DNA of 58,514 bases, filler included, from Sluysia triapertura (lineage: Eukaryota): assembly GCA_046118255.1 (NCBI GenBank). It is 4 parts of 4 records of this genome, joined end to end, with 100 filler letters (N's around TTAATTAATTAA, not from the genome) between each part and the next. Parts side by side here need not be neighbours in the genome. Positions count along the whole stretch, not along the records: positions 1 to 13,625 come from JBJNIA010028611.1; 3 more parts are not named here. The stretch is one strand, 5' to 3'. Below the pieces are notes generated by a model. The model did not search any database, was not told where the DNA came from, and worked only from the letters and a program-made list of their open reading frames with translations. Of the stretch, positions 1 to 13,150 are shown in pieces. Made by a program: the position numbers and the translations under genes. Within the stretch, counting starts at the first letter, position 1. The number at the start of each line of letters is the position of its first letter.

Positions 1-639
1 TGTCTGTGAGTTGTTTACCTGACTTTGAAATAGCACTAGTTCGTTCTAGAAAAACAGTTACTTATTATTGTACCTTCGACATTGAAAAAGAAGAACTCGA
101 ACATACTCGAATCTCCATTAAATCCATTCAAAATAGAGGCGTTAATAATAATACATTAATTCACCAACAAGCCCTCACTACATCTTCGTACTTAATATTA
201 TCAATTCTCCACACCGAATCAAATTAAATTAGATCACGTCGACTCGAAAACAAATTAGGTCTCTTAGAACTTTAACTTGTTAATTATATAATGTGTATCT
301 TATTCGTTACTATCTATACTGTTCTGAATTAATAATAAATAGCTTATAATTTTTACTTTACAGAATACAATAACGTGCAATTTTCCGTCTGATATATTAT
401 AATTATTTGGTCAATAAATAATAGTTTATGGTATTCAATTTTATAATGTTATTCATTTTAATAATTATATAGTACAATATGCACAAGTTATAAAACACTT
501 TGTACTTTAAAAATTATACAATATAATATATAAATTATTTCGCACGTAAATTTACTATAGTATGTAATGATATCATGTAATTTTAATAAATTATAAGTTC
601 AATATTTACAAATTGTACTGAATGTGATAATTACTTTTA

Positions 640-1140
640 GTCTGAATGTGTTAATAAATTTTTTATTATTATTTTTATTTAATCATAATTTAAAATAATT
701 TAGTCTATAATAATGCTTTTAAATTTTAATTTCATGTAACTTCTATCTACTATATACAATCTTTCATTTAGGTTAATTTTGATCGAAGATTGTGTTTTTA
801 AATTTTGATTATTTACTATTTCTATTTAATTTTCATTTAAGATGATTTTATTTTATATAACAGAATATTCTAAATCCCGTTTTAAAGATAATTTTGATCG
901 TATATTATGTTCTTAAAATTTAATTTCATATTATTTTTATTGAATCCTATTTGAAATTGAATTTATTAACTGAATAATAAGGTTTAAAGTTTATAAATTT
1001 TGATTTCATGTTGTCTTTATATAATCTCACTTTAAAATAATTACTTATACAATTTCGATTTAAAAATGATTGTTATTTGTGTTATTAAATTTTGAATTTA
1101 TATTATCTCTATATAATCTCAATTTTAATTAATTATTTTA
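640..1140. repeat. Degenerate AT-rich tandem repeat (~80-100 bp unit); also a dispersed repeat with a copy at ~25680-25900
   Basis: The motif aaatttt(g/a)atttcat...ataatctc(a/c)...aaa(a)t(a/g)att recurs several times. 1021-1110 aligns by eye with 25795-25880 (aatctcaatttaaaatgattacttatacaattttgatttaaaa). Confidence 0.55.
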
Positions 1141-2086
1141 TAGAAAAACATTATGATCTCGGGAATTAAATTTAAATTTCGAATGTTAATATTATTATTA
1201 GTAATTAATATTATTGAGCATTATGTTAATTTACAATAACATTAATAATACTAATAACAAGTATAATAATATTATTTAGTAGTGCCATTTTTCAGAGAGC
1301 ACAGCCTGATTAATACTAAAAGTAATATGGAAGTGGTGGCTCAACTCACTACTTATGATTTTATTACAGAATTAGTTCGAAATAAATTCTTAACTCATAA
1401 TTAGCAAAATTCAAAATAAAATTCACATCTTTATTAATCACTTAATAACCCTTCGTACAAAAATTACAATCAATCACAAATTTAATCAATAAAACGTTCC
1501 ATATGTAGTGTCACAGCTATACATCATTTTGTTGTTAAAACCTTTTCATCAATAAACATAGACCTAAGCACAAACACAATTCACTTCAAACGCATTTATG
1601 AACATTTCATCTATCTAATAACATCATCATATCTCGCCCAACTCACAAAATCCATACTACTAAACACGAAGGTTTCATTATTTATAAATTTATTATAGCC
1701 TTTAATTAATTATAATCATAATTGTAATTAATTAAAGCTTTTCTTGCTAATATCCCTTTCTTCGTCCTCCTTAGCAGCACCTCTAAAATTCTAATTTATT
1801 CTGTAAATTATATTTTAAGGAAACTGTAAGCTCTTTATGATTCTAATTATCGCAAATTGTTATCAGTAACATAAATATACATAAAGTATTCCTTACGTAG
1901 CAAGTTCTTTATTGATATTCTTTTATTACATCTTATTATAAAAGGTTTGAAGATTTACTCTATTCTTTATCACATAATGTTTAATAATTTCAAATTATTT
2001 ATTTATTATTGTATGTAGTTTTATTTCTTTAAGTTTATGATGACGATAAATTTATGTTTGTTTTAATATGACACTTTTTTGAAAAT

Positions 2087-2960
2087 ATGCCAAAATGTTT
2101 CGAAATTGTATTGAGCATTTGTGCTGTTAGTTATGGAAGTAAAAAATTATTAAAAATTAAAATTTTACCAGATGATGATCATTTATGGGACATGCAGGAC
2201 GCTGAAGTTTACGAACACGAATCTGAACTTAGTGTTATGGCAGATGTAGCGTCAGATATATTATCTGGTTCGATGCGTTACAAGTTAGTACTATTTCAAT
2301 ATCTAATACGCTGAGAAGTGTAAACTGGCAAGAACGTCATGCTGGATCAATGGCTATTTCATCATGTGTGAAGTTTTATTATGCGTCACAGAAAGTTTGC
2401 ATGATGAAAATGCCTGAACGCAAGCTTATGACGATGTAGCTTTTGTGTATCTCTTAGAAACCATTTCAAAAGATGTAAATCTGATTTATTTACTGAGAAC
2501 AGCAAATAAGTATTACCAAGTTCTTGAATTAAAATTTAGTGAATGGATGAATTATGGCTGTAAATTTGTATTCGAACAAATTGTAACTACAATAGAAGCT
2601 CCTGCTGTTACTATTAGCGTTCCATTTATGCCTTATTATGATCAATTTATGATCCTAATTAGAATATTGTCGCAACATTGTTGTACTGTGCATTTATCAC
2701 GTTTATATAAAAGTAAAACGATTGAATGTATTTCACTTATGGACCTTGCCGTGGGTCGAGATAAATTCTTAGTCGATGATAGAGATGTCATGATGTTTTT
2801 TTTCAAAAGTCAAATTGAAATAGATACTTAAATTGTTGATGCTGATTCAAAATGTGCCAAATTAAGTGCAGATGATCCATTTTCTAATTATATGATTTGT
2901 GTTTGGGCACTAATTTGTAAATTTACAGCTCGACCGCAATTTTTAAACCACTATTAAAAA
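2087..2960 (+). pseudogene. IPO5: Importin-5 (karyopherin beta-3) internal fragment, disrupted
   Basis: Translations LRSVNWQERHAGSMAISS, KFVFEQIVTTI..FMPYYDQFM, KTIECISLMDLAVGRDKFLVDDRDVM and DDPFSNYMICVWALICK match IPO5 (NPDWKYRHAGLMALS; KLVLEQVVTSI..FVPYYDLFM; GKTIECISLIGLAVGKEKF; DDPQISYMISAWARMCK). Frameshifts, stops and an internal deletion are present, with a probable ~50-nt intron ending ttttaccag at 2171. Confidence 0.9.
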
Positions 2961-3286
2961 CTGTTACGTCAATTCCTCAAGTTCTAGTTTCGAAAATACG
3001 TACTACAAAAACTTGTCCCTGTTCTTGATATACCAGAACCAATCCAGATCATGTCCATGACACTACAAAATTTGAACTTCATGAAATATTTTTTTGATTT
3101 TTTGAGTGTCTTTATGGTTTTGAAATTGTTGTGAGTTCTATACATTTTGTCGTAAACTGTTTCTTTTTTTGGTTTTACAATTTTAATCGTTATTTTGAAG
3201 TTTTTAATAAAATCTATTCTAATAACAAATTTTTAGTAGATTTTTCCTTAAGTAACTTAATACATGACCTTAAGTCCTACTTTCTT

Positions 3287-3725
3287 TGTAATTATGCTCG
3301 TATTTCTACTTATCAGTATTAAATAAATTAGACGATTTTAGCGTAATAGTTGCGGCAGATGTCGATGTTGTCAGTGTTAAAATAGAAGAAATCACCTTTC
3401 CAAAACCAGTAGATGTTTTAATTTCTGAACCTATGGAGAATATGTTATTTAATGAATAAATGTTTGAAACATGTGAATATGCTAAAATCTTTAGAAAAAT
3501 TATGTGAACAAAATGTTATAATGTATCCGGCGATTGCTAGTATTTACGTACCTCGATTTCCTGATAAAATTTTAAGAAAATCAAATCTTTGATATTAACA
3601 GCCATGTCACTGCATTAATTTCTCAAGTCTCTATGAAGGAGAAAATATACGTATCTTTTCTCAACCAAATGCAGATACGTCAGACATTTCAAACACATTG
3701 TTGTAGTGGTCAACACTCATAATTT
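3287..3725 (+). pseudogene. CARM1: CARM1/PRMT4 arginine methyltransferase catalytic-domain fragment, disrupted
   Basis: [46 protein letters not shown] and KSNL*Y*QPCHCINFSSL..IFSQPNADTSD match CARM1 ([75 protein letters not shown]). In-frame stops are present, with a probable ~32-nt gt..ag intron near 3300-3331. Confidence 0.88.
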
Positions 3726-3959
3726 AAAATTATTCAAGTTTTTTTTCTGATCAATATGTACAAACCAAATTCCACTAAAATTCAAATTTTAAAATAATCA
3801 CACTCTTCATTTTCGAACTAAACCAACATAAACATCATAAAACAACATTCGATATTTACAACACCTTATCAACTCACACACATCAACAATTCAACTAATA
3901 TCTCAATCATCTATAGCACAATAAACTTCGACATTTTACCTTAAACAATTCATTATCTG

Positions 3960-4140
3960 ACTGTGAAGCAACAACGATAACCAATACATATTATACCTTA
4001 TTACCGTTGCTCCTTCACAGTTTATTAATTGGTTTTGTTCCTTTTTATGTCATTTTATCATTTTATATGTTACAGAAAGATAAGAAATCGAAAGAAAAAG
4101 ATCGTGTAGTTTTCTTTTGAACAAGAAATTTATGTTTTTC
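3960..4140 (+). repeat. Dispersed repeat containing a hairpin; inverted copy at ~12975-13150
   Basis: gaagcaacaacgataac...ttaccgttgctc and aagatcgtgta...caagaaatttatgt match the reverse complement of 12975-13150. Confidence 0.65.
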
Positions 4141-4286
4141 ATTTAATAACAATAATAATAATCACAACGTCATTTTTGTTATTATTAATATTGTTGTTAT
4201 TATTATTTTTATTGCTGTTATTATTATTCTTGTCGGTACCTAAAAAATTAAATAAAATAAATAAAAATTAATTAGTGTCGTTTAAA

Positions 4287-4450
4287 CCGGTTGCTGCCAT
4301 CACCAACGATGACAGCTTATATAAATTTTCATAAGGCTGTCAACGTTGATGACGGTCAGTAATCGGCCATCAACATTCAATACTTTCATATACACCACCA
4401 AATCAGATTAGTCACTGTTTGTCTCGCCTGTTACAAATCTGATTGGGTGG
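4287..4450. other. Two adjacent long imperfect hairpins (4287-4366 and 4395-4450)
   Basis: Arms ccggttgctgccatcaccaacgatgacagcttat / ataaggctgtcaacgttgatgacggtcagtaatcgg and ccaccaaatcagatt / aatctgattgggtgg. Confidence 0.7.
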
Positions 4451-4500
4451 ACTAAAAATAGACAAACAAAAAATTACAAATTATATTATATTAATTTATA

Positions 4501-5463
4501 GTGCAAATAAAATTAGTAACCAGACAATTTAGACGATTTAAAAAGTTCCAGAAAAAGATGGTTGATGATTTTACTACACCATATATTAATATCGATGTTG
4601 AATTGATGCCGTTTTCAACTAATGTCTCAACTGGAACTTTATGTTATTCTAATAATTATGTGATGATATTTCATACAGAACAAGAAGACAAAGAAATTTC
4701 TCTATTATCGCAAGCCATTTACAGAATAAAGATTATTAACCATTTCACGATTATGTCTAGAACTAAAGATTTTAAAATGTAAAATTTGTACAATTATTTG
4801 AAGAATATAACAATTTAATAATATTTCCAATGAAGACGATGTACAATGATAACATGGATGATTTATATCCATTTATATTCGGACTAATTTTCAAGATTAA
4901 TATAAAGTGTTGGAATCCATTTAAGTCAAATCATGAATTCTTAAAGTCTCTAATATCGAGAAAGTGGGCCCACCTTCCAAAATCGTTATGTTTTGATAAA
5001 TACAATTATGGTAAATATGTTATGATTACACTTTATGTTAGTTATGAAGATAGTTATATATCATTCAGAATGCATGTAAATAATCATTTTTTATTTTTAG
5101 CATATTATCATGAAAGAAATGGTTCTAGTTTAATATATTGTAGTCGATATTCAAATGTGACATTAAAAGTTAGTTCCGTTGATCCTACAATATGAATTGG
5201 CACATTTAAGAATAAAATTCACCTTAGTTAAAGTTCCAGTGGCAGGAGTTAATCCACCTAAGAATAATGATTCTGTATTCTATAAAGTACCTAATATACT
5301 GACAGATATAGAAAGAAACTTTCAGTACATGTCGGTAACTAATAAAGAAATAAACGAGGTTATAAACATTTTCTTTAAAAAATTTTCATATAATAGTAAT
5401 TCTATTAGCTTTGAATTTAATTTTTTATATAATTATTTTTTTATTATCCTAGGCAAATATTGA
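4501..5463 (+). pseudogene. Run of three abutting ORFs (93, 121, 94 aa), probably one broken intronless gene of unknown function
   Basis: Consecutive + strand ORFs with globular-looking composition; no family recognised. Confidence 0.3.
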
Positions 5464-6110
5464 AGCATCAAATGGCGGCGAATTGTGGATATCGTCTATC
5501 ATCATTGATTATAATTAGTGGACTTAATCAAAACTTAAAAATTAATTCTGTTGTTGATTTTATCTTTTTGATAATACACTTTAGATGTATCTTTTTAATT
5601 TTGTTTTACGTAAATTCTGTAGTTACTACTGTTAGAACTAATTATTTTACAACAAACAACGTCAAACATAGATTTAAAATATATTTTATCTTAAATAACT
5701 TGGAAAGATATCATGGAACTTGCAAGATCATTAAAGATCTAGTTGTAATAAAAATAAAAAAAATAATTAGTACATTCATTCACCAAATGTTGAATTTCAG
5801 AATAAACAACTATCTGAGAAATTCTCCATGCTTATTCATAATCTGTAAGACGTTGCTTTGTCCACTCTTTCTTAATAAGAATACGCTCTCAAATCCAATT
5901 CATATCTTAAAAGTAAATACTAAATTGATGAATTTAGTTTTAAAAATCACATCAAATCACTACTCAAAACATTTTTCATCAAAAACAAATCCTTTAACCT
6001 CTATAATCTTATTGCAATCTGCGTTATCGGATTGTGAAAAAGCCAGTAGTTCATGAATTCTAATTCTTTGCTAGATTTCTTTATGACACACTCTATGCAT
6101 ACGATGATGA

Positions 6111-6237
6111 TGTTAGAACCCGGGACCTCCAGCTGCGCAGTTCGATGCTTTACCACTGAGCTATCAGCCCCGTCTAACAGTTTTATTTTAATACAGTCAA
6201 TATAACATCAGGGCACTTTAGGCCTTTTACCCCAACA
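6111..6237 (-). mobile_element. tRNA-bearing TGT...ACA element, copy 1 (internal deletion of the 3' tRNA half), TSD ATGA
   Basis: atga|tgttagaacccggg...gagctatcagccccgtctaaca...ggccttttaccccaaca|atga. Confidence 0.9.
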
Positions 6238-6422
6238 ATGATGTAAAAATATGCATCTGCTTTAGTATTTTAAGAGTAAATAATTTAAATGTTACTTTTG
6301 TAGTTTTAAAATTTAAATTTAAGTAAAAATTTAATAGAATCAAGTTTACATTATGTTTGCTATTATAGAAAATAAATTTAGCCGAATTCACATTGAACAA
6401 TTTAAAATTTCCGTTTGCAAAT

Positions 6423-6563
6423 TGTTGGGTTAAAAGGCCTAAAGTGTCATTTGGTAAAATTGAATATAATAAAATAAAATTGTTAGACATGGCTGATAGC
6501 TCAGTGGTATCAGCGATAGTCCCGGGTTCGATCCCCGGTCAGTCCATTTTACGAAGTCTAACA
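6423..6563 (+). mobile_element. tRNA-bearing TGT...ACA element, copy 2 (anticodon arm deleted), TSD AAAT
   Basis: aaat|tgttgggttaaaaggcctaaagtg...tgttagac..gctgatagctcagtgg...ggttcgatcccc...ttttacgaagtctaaca|aaat. Confidence 0.9.
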
Positions 6564-6849
6564 AAATGAAGAAAAAATAGAATAAGATTTATTCAGGTTA
6601 CATTGAGATATAATGATTAGTATTACAACTTATAAAAAGTTTATATTCTTTTAAGATAAGGTCTGTTTCTGGACACGCCAGCAGCACAGTAAGTTCACGA
6701 TTTCTTAAATAAAAATAATTAAAATCAAATAATTGCACATAAATTAAATTAAATCAATTTTGATATAAAATTGTTTGTAGGTACAACATGTTCTTTTGTT
6801 CGTATCATATTGATTCCATTTGATTCTTCAAATCTTAATGTTTTATGGA

Positions 6850-7811
6850 GTATATTTATCCGATCCATGGTAGTATTTGCAACTTTTACCAAAATTCCGG
6901 CATATTCCTAACTCATATTCTAGGAAACACACTGCGCTAAACGATGATGTGTAACGAAATTTGAATTCAAACTAATAAATGTTGGTGTAGTCACTTCTTT
7001 TATTTGCTTATTTGAATGGATAATTGCATTAAATTTATTCTTTTGTTTGCCTTTATTTAACAAATCTTGTTGATGTTTGAAAGTTAGGATTTCTTTGAGC
7101 AGCATAGTTACTCTTTCGAATTTAATTTGTAAGTAAACGACTTCAGTAACAAATTCGATTTTGGTCACATTACTTGCTGACTGAGAAAATGAGATAATTA
7201 CATCATCGTTTGTCGTTACATCATATAAATTAAAGCGAATACTTCTTCTAACAATTATGGGTTGGAAATTAAACTTCGGATCTAACTTATTTTTACTACA
7301 TAATGATTTAAATAACTGTCCAACATAAGAGATATTACTTATGGTAAATCTCCTCACAACACGGCAGACTCTAAATGTGATAATGTAAACTTTAGGTTCA
7401 CTTCATGTTCCTCTAAAGGTTTCTGCATAGACAAAAATATAACATTCAAAAGTTTGTTTATCGTTTCATTACAAATATTCTTAATAAAAGTATACGTATG
7501 ATTAATCATAACGGATCCACATTCAATTCGTTTTACTAAAATTGCATTAATTGCCAAATCCGATTGCACCGAAATTAAGATCATTGGTGACAAATTTTGA
7601 TGATGATAATAAATGTTTCAACTTTATTTGTGTTGATGAAGTTAATCCAGAACGGCTGTATCGCGAGTTTCTTTTTAATTTTTTGAACGATTTGAAAGCG
7701 AACAGTATTATTTCTAAAATAAGAACTTATAAATTTCAATTTTACAGTACAAAATAATTTCTGACATAACAAATAAATCCTTTTAAAAAGTTCAATTTTA
7801 TTAATCTGCAA
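6850..7811 (-). pseudogene. Frameshifted ORF chain ending in a CCCH-type zinc finger
   Basis: Overlapping minus ORFs 7811-7581, 7593-7354 and 7357-6920 continue after a frameshift as AVCFLEYELGICRNFGKSCKYYHGSDK (C-x8-C-x6-C-x3-H) at ~6935-6860. Confidence 0.5.
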
Positions 7812-9469
7812 AAAAACATTTTAATAAATAAATTATATTTATTGGATAATTATATTTAATTAAAAAAATACGTTTCCATATGGATGATTTTGTATCCACT
7901 GAGGTGTAGAATGGTTAAATTTTCCACTATTTATATTATTATATTATTTATTACTATTATATTAAAATAATAATGTATCACTATCATAATAGCAATAATG
8001 ATAATAATTCTTTTACAAACATTTCATATAATGAAAAGTTGATGTATAAATTCCTCACATATTGTTATCCATTGTTATAAAAATCATTAAGTACTACTAT
8101 TGACTCACCAAATAATACAATAATTGCTTTGTTATAAATTTATTTCAATTATATACTTTAGTATTGAAATAATAGAATCAATTTTAAACCAAAATGTGAT
8201 AAATTTATTATTATTGTTATTATTACTATTATGAAAACCACTTAAAAGTTAATGAATTTATAATGTCACAATATTTCTATTTTTTGAATGTATAAATGTC
8301 TTTATCATATTTCAATTTGTTCTGTCAACTTAACTATTTTCCAAATATTTTTGTCAAACATAAAAGCATTGTATTGTTTAATTTAATCCATTCTACAATC
8401 TACATGTCATATTTATCAATGACATTTTTATTATACCACTGGAAACGCACAGATTATTTCATTTGGAATATAATAAATCATTTTTGTGAATTAGTAAATA
8501 AAGGACGATTTTTATTGAAAGTTAAGTCTACAATCTATAAATAATAATAATCAAATAATTGATCTTGATTTATCAGCTATATTAATCCGAAAAATAAATT
8601 AGTTTCAATTGTTTCAATTAATTATTTGGAATACAGTTCAAATGGGACAACCCAAAGAAAATGTAATATGATTTCAGCCGAATTTCAATATTCTTTGGAG
8701 ATATTATTACTACTACAAGTTAGTTGTGTGATGGTCGAGTTATATTATTGTGATTAATTTTAATATTAAAAATTATAAATTTAATATTAAGAAAAATGGA
8801 CTTAAGGTCCTTATAGTTATAACGATTATGTAATTTAAAATCATCAAAGAAATTATTACTATTATTGAACTTCATATTACAAATTAAAATTTTAAAATTA
8901 CTTAAGAAATAATAACAAATGACAAGATTATATTCGATATTAACACTAAAAAGATCGTATTTGCAATGAGTATTAAAGTCTTTAACGTGATCATGCATCT
9001 CTGTCAACTCAAGTTCTGTAGAATCATAACGAACAAAAATTATAATAACCAACAGATAAGGATAAATACAACTTTATTTATTGTAAAATGAATAAATATA
9101 AAAATAAAACATAAATTGATCTTTGTATTATTTATTTATTGAAGTAAATAATCAAGTGTGTAGTCTTAATATTTTGTCAATTTCAAGATGTGTTGTGATA
9201 TAAAATATTTAAATTATATATTTTCTAGCTATACAAAATTTTAGTTTAGTAGAGCGATATCGGCGGATTGGAGTGATATAACGTGATAACTTATCATGAT
9301 CTAAATATGTTATATTCGAGTTAAGTTAAGAAATATTAATGTAATATGATTAAGGTGTGTTATATTTTAGGTGTTGTTATGTGTGCAAGATGTGGCGAGG
9401 GTCTACAGTGTATTGAATATTTGTGATTGCGTTTGTTAAAAGTTCGTGAGTGAGTTGAACACTACACAT

Positions 9470-10240
9470 TGATTTTTTGTTTTTCGCACCCAGTTTTCTT
9501 TTGGAAAATTTTAAACTTCTTATTCTCAAACAAACCACTCTATAAAGATTTCAAACTTATTTCTAGATTCTTCTCTTTCATAGCAATCATCTCATATTCA
9601 ATTCATGGTATTTGCATCATTATAAGTGTAAAAAGTTTAACATTGCATAATTAAGAATTAATTAATATCAGTTAAACCTTAACTTCATCTAAATGTCTTT
9701 TCAAAAAAAAACATAAACATTCAAACGTTATTCACAAGAAACTTACTTTTTCTTAAGTTAATTAAGATTTTAATATATTTTTATACTTAATCTCATTAAT
9801 GTTTATACGTTTTATTAAGGTTTTAAAGTTAATACGGCATTCAGGTAGCTATAGATTCCCTTTTATATTTCTTCACATTAAACTTTATTATTTTGAACAA
9901 TGACTTTATTTCTCAAATATTTTAAAGATTTTAAGTATCTATAAGGTTACTCAAAGATCCAAAAAGCTTATCAAGGTTTCAAGAATACTTAAAGATTCAT
10001 AAAGTCTCAACTAATCTCTAATGTCTTCAAAGGTTTTCCAAGTCCATTTCAAGTTTCCATAAAGCCTCAAACCTTTACACAGATCTTTCGAACTACAAGG
10101 TATTCTTTAGCTGTTAACATTATTATAGATGTTTTGATTTTCATGATTCTTATTCCAAAAATGTTCAATCCATCACAGTGTATCAGTTCTTCCTTCACTC
10201 GTTTCCTGATCCGCAGTTTGGCAATCCAAACATTTGCAAA
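9470..10240 (-). repeat. Long dispersed repeat family (decayed multi-exon gene-like), copy A
   Basis: Co-linear with 24040-24860, e.g. ttctagattct..catagcaatcatctcatattcaattca and caaggtattctt...ttttcatgattcttatt. Confidence 0.85.
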
Positions 10241-12321
10241 ATATTTAAATTAAAATAAAAACTCTCTATAAAATTGATTAATTCAATTAAAAATTGTTCG
10301 ATTTAATGATAATAGGTAAGATATTTGTTGATGAGAGAATAAATACTTCAACGTTTCAACTGAAGCATAATGTTGAAATTCATCAGCATTACTAACGTTG
10401 AAATGTTACAAAATACATCGACAGATATAACGTAAAACTATATATTTTAATCAATTTTTTATATTGTTAAGTTAAATTTATACATATTATAATATTCATC
10501 TACAATAAAAGTATATATCAAATTAGTGCTCACTAAAATACCGATTCAGGCAAGTTATTGAAATCGACATACAACGTATTGTATTAAAAGTTATTGTGGA
10601 AAAGAAGTTTAGTATTTAATTGATTTTATGTTTACTTTAAGTTGCTATATTATTCAACATTAAGCATAACTGGAATAATTATGTTAAATTTTGATTTTAT
10701 TATATTAAGAAGATAAGATTATTGTTTGTCATAAATCCCTTTATTTTTGGGTAATTGCTGGAAGATTACCAATTGGAAGTCGACAGAAATTGTTGCCAAA
10801 AATTGATTAATAAAATTTGTAGGCTTATAATCGACTCAAAAGAATAAGTAATTATGTAGGATAATACCAATTTCCTCCGCAACAATATTTTACTGTAAAG
10901 ACTATCGTATTTTTGATAAAAAATAGAGTCATAAGTAGCAGAAAAAACGTTCAAAGTGGAACTTCGTTTTCTATGGGGAAGCAGCTTCAACTCTTGTGGT
11001 AAACATCCTGACTAAAGATTTATCTTTAGAAATTGATCAAACTTTGTTTTTGAGTAATATTTTTGTTATTTTGGGTAGTTAACCCGCGTTTTTGCATATT
11101 TATTTTCTTAACACACGGTATTGACTTTTTATGTTGTTTCATCCATGGATATTTAGTATTGTATTTCGTTAAACTGATAATGTAAATAAATTGATTTATA
11201 TTAAATTATAATTGATAATTTGTGTTTATTTTGCGATTATTAAGAGTAAATAATAATTTGTATTTGTTTATTAATTTGTATCTGATTATTAAAAATATAC
11301 AGATATTTCAGACTAATTTAATTATATTATTGAGTCATTGATAGTAATTTAAAATAGTAAAATAAATACGATAGATCCAAAGAAATTATCACAGATGTAA
11401 TCAAAATTGGCTCCAAAAACTATCCATTTCATACAATCAAATTATGGAAAATGCATTTCGACAAGAGGATTGACTAATGACACTGACCATATTGATTTGT
11501 TGGGATATTATATTAAAATACCAAAAATATTATTATTAACAATAATATCAATTCCTAAAAAAATTTTTATTACAATGATAAGTCTTTTCCAATAATCAAA
11601 TAAAGTCGACAGTCAGTAATATTATTATTAATAGTCAATAATAAAGTCAACAACAACAACGCTGTTATATATTTTAAGCAATCTACAAAATAATAATTAC
11701 CTGAAAAATGAAATTTTTAGCAACTACAAAAACAAATTAAAATCCATAATAATGTTCAGATTTTATTTTAACAACCTAACAATTATGATTTTAATTTTAT
11801 TGGGTTCGCCTATAATTTAAGATTTATTTCCAGCGGAAGACTTAATTATAGGTTATTGGAAATTTATACGAAAAGTATTCCTTATTCTTTTTCTGTTAAT
11901 GATGGAGGGTCCTTCTTTAATATACCTTTTGTTTCTAAGATTTTTTATTTATTTCAACAAAATAATACAAGAAAATACTGATACACGAGGTATCCTACGA
12001 AATTTTATTCAATACAAATAGGGGTAACAAAATTATATGTATAGAAACTTTTTTAAATAAAGCGTAATATATAAAAGATGTCTAATAGTAATAATAATAA
12101 CAATTCAAAAAACTACTTAGGATATTCTCCTAAAGTTTATTATACAATAAATTTTATGATGAGTTTGACTCAAGTGTAATACTTGAGTATAAAATAAAAT
12201 AAGTTTAAGTAAAAGTTTAATACAATTTTATTTTTGTATAATCCTAATATAAATAGCTTACTAGTTTTATGTGTTGATACAACAAATTTTCTCTTTATAG
12301 AAATTAAGTCCTTCTTCGAGA

Positions 12322-12545
12322 GTAATAGTTTCTGTTCCAAATAATAGCTTCTATTCCAAATAATAGTTCTGTTCCCAAATAATAACTTCTGCTTTCAAAT
12401 AATGGTTTCTGTTCCCAAATAATGGTTCAATCCAATTGTAACTCTTGATCCAACGATTTCAATCCAATCAATAGTCTCGGTCCAATAATCTCGATCCAAT
12501 AATTTCGATCCAATAATTTCAACCCAAAGTAAACAGTCCAAATAG
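12322..12545. repeat. Minisatellite array: ~19-20 bp unit (taatagtttctgttccaaa) x~6 followed by a ~14 bp unit (tccaataatttcga)
   Basis: Directly visible tandem units. Confidence 0.85.
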
Positions 12546-12974
12546 AATCAATCCGTTCCGTGCAAACTGGTCCAAAAGATTTTTAAAGAGAATTTGTTTT
12601 TTAAATTTATGTGTGTTTTGTAACGAACTTTCAGCTATTTATATATTTTTTGAATGTTGATAATTTTAAAAGATTAAAAAAGGTTTTTGATTTTTAAAAT
12701 TAATAATTAAATTTTTAGTAGCATATTAAAAGATTACATTTTCTTTAATACATAAATTTTTATCTATTAATTAATTTCTTTAAATGATTTATAAAACTTA
12801 TAATCTTAAAAATTTTTTTAAACTATTCTGATTAATTTAATCTATAAATTTTCAAGTTCAGAATTAATTAAAATTTGCACTTGTTAATTATCGAATTTTT
12901 TAATACTAAATCTTTTAATATTTTTTAATAACACTAAATCTTTTATTATTTACATTATTAATAAAAAGAAAAAT

Positions 12975-13150
12975 AAAAAGCAATACATAAAGTTTCTTGA
13001 AAATAACTAATACACGATCTTGCCTTCTTCTAATCTTTATTTCTTCTTAAACTTAAAAGCAATACAATGAAATAAAAATTGCTTACATTGTATGAAAGAG
13101 CAACGATAACATGGTACACTATGCTCGAGTTATCGTTGCTGCTTCGTTGC
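12975..13150 (-). repeat. Inverted copy of the 3960-4140 repeat
   Basis: Contains the hairpin gagcaacgataac...gttatcgttgctgcttc and tacacgatctt. Confidence 0.65.
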
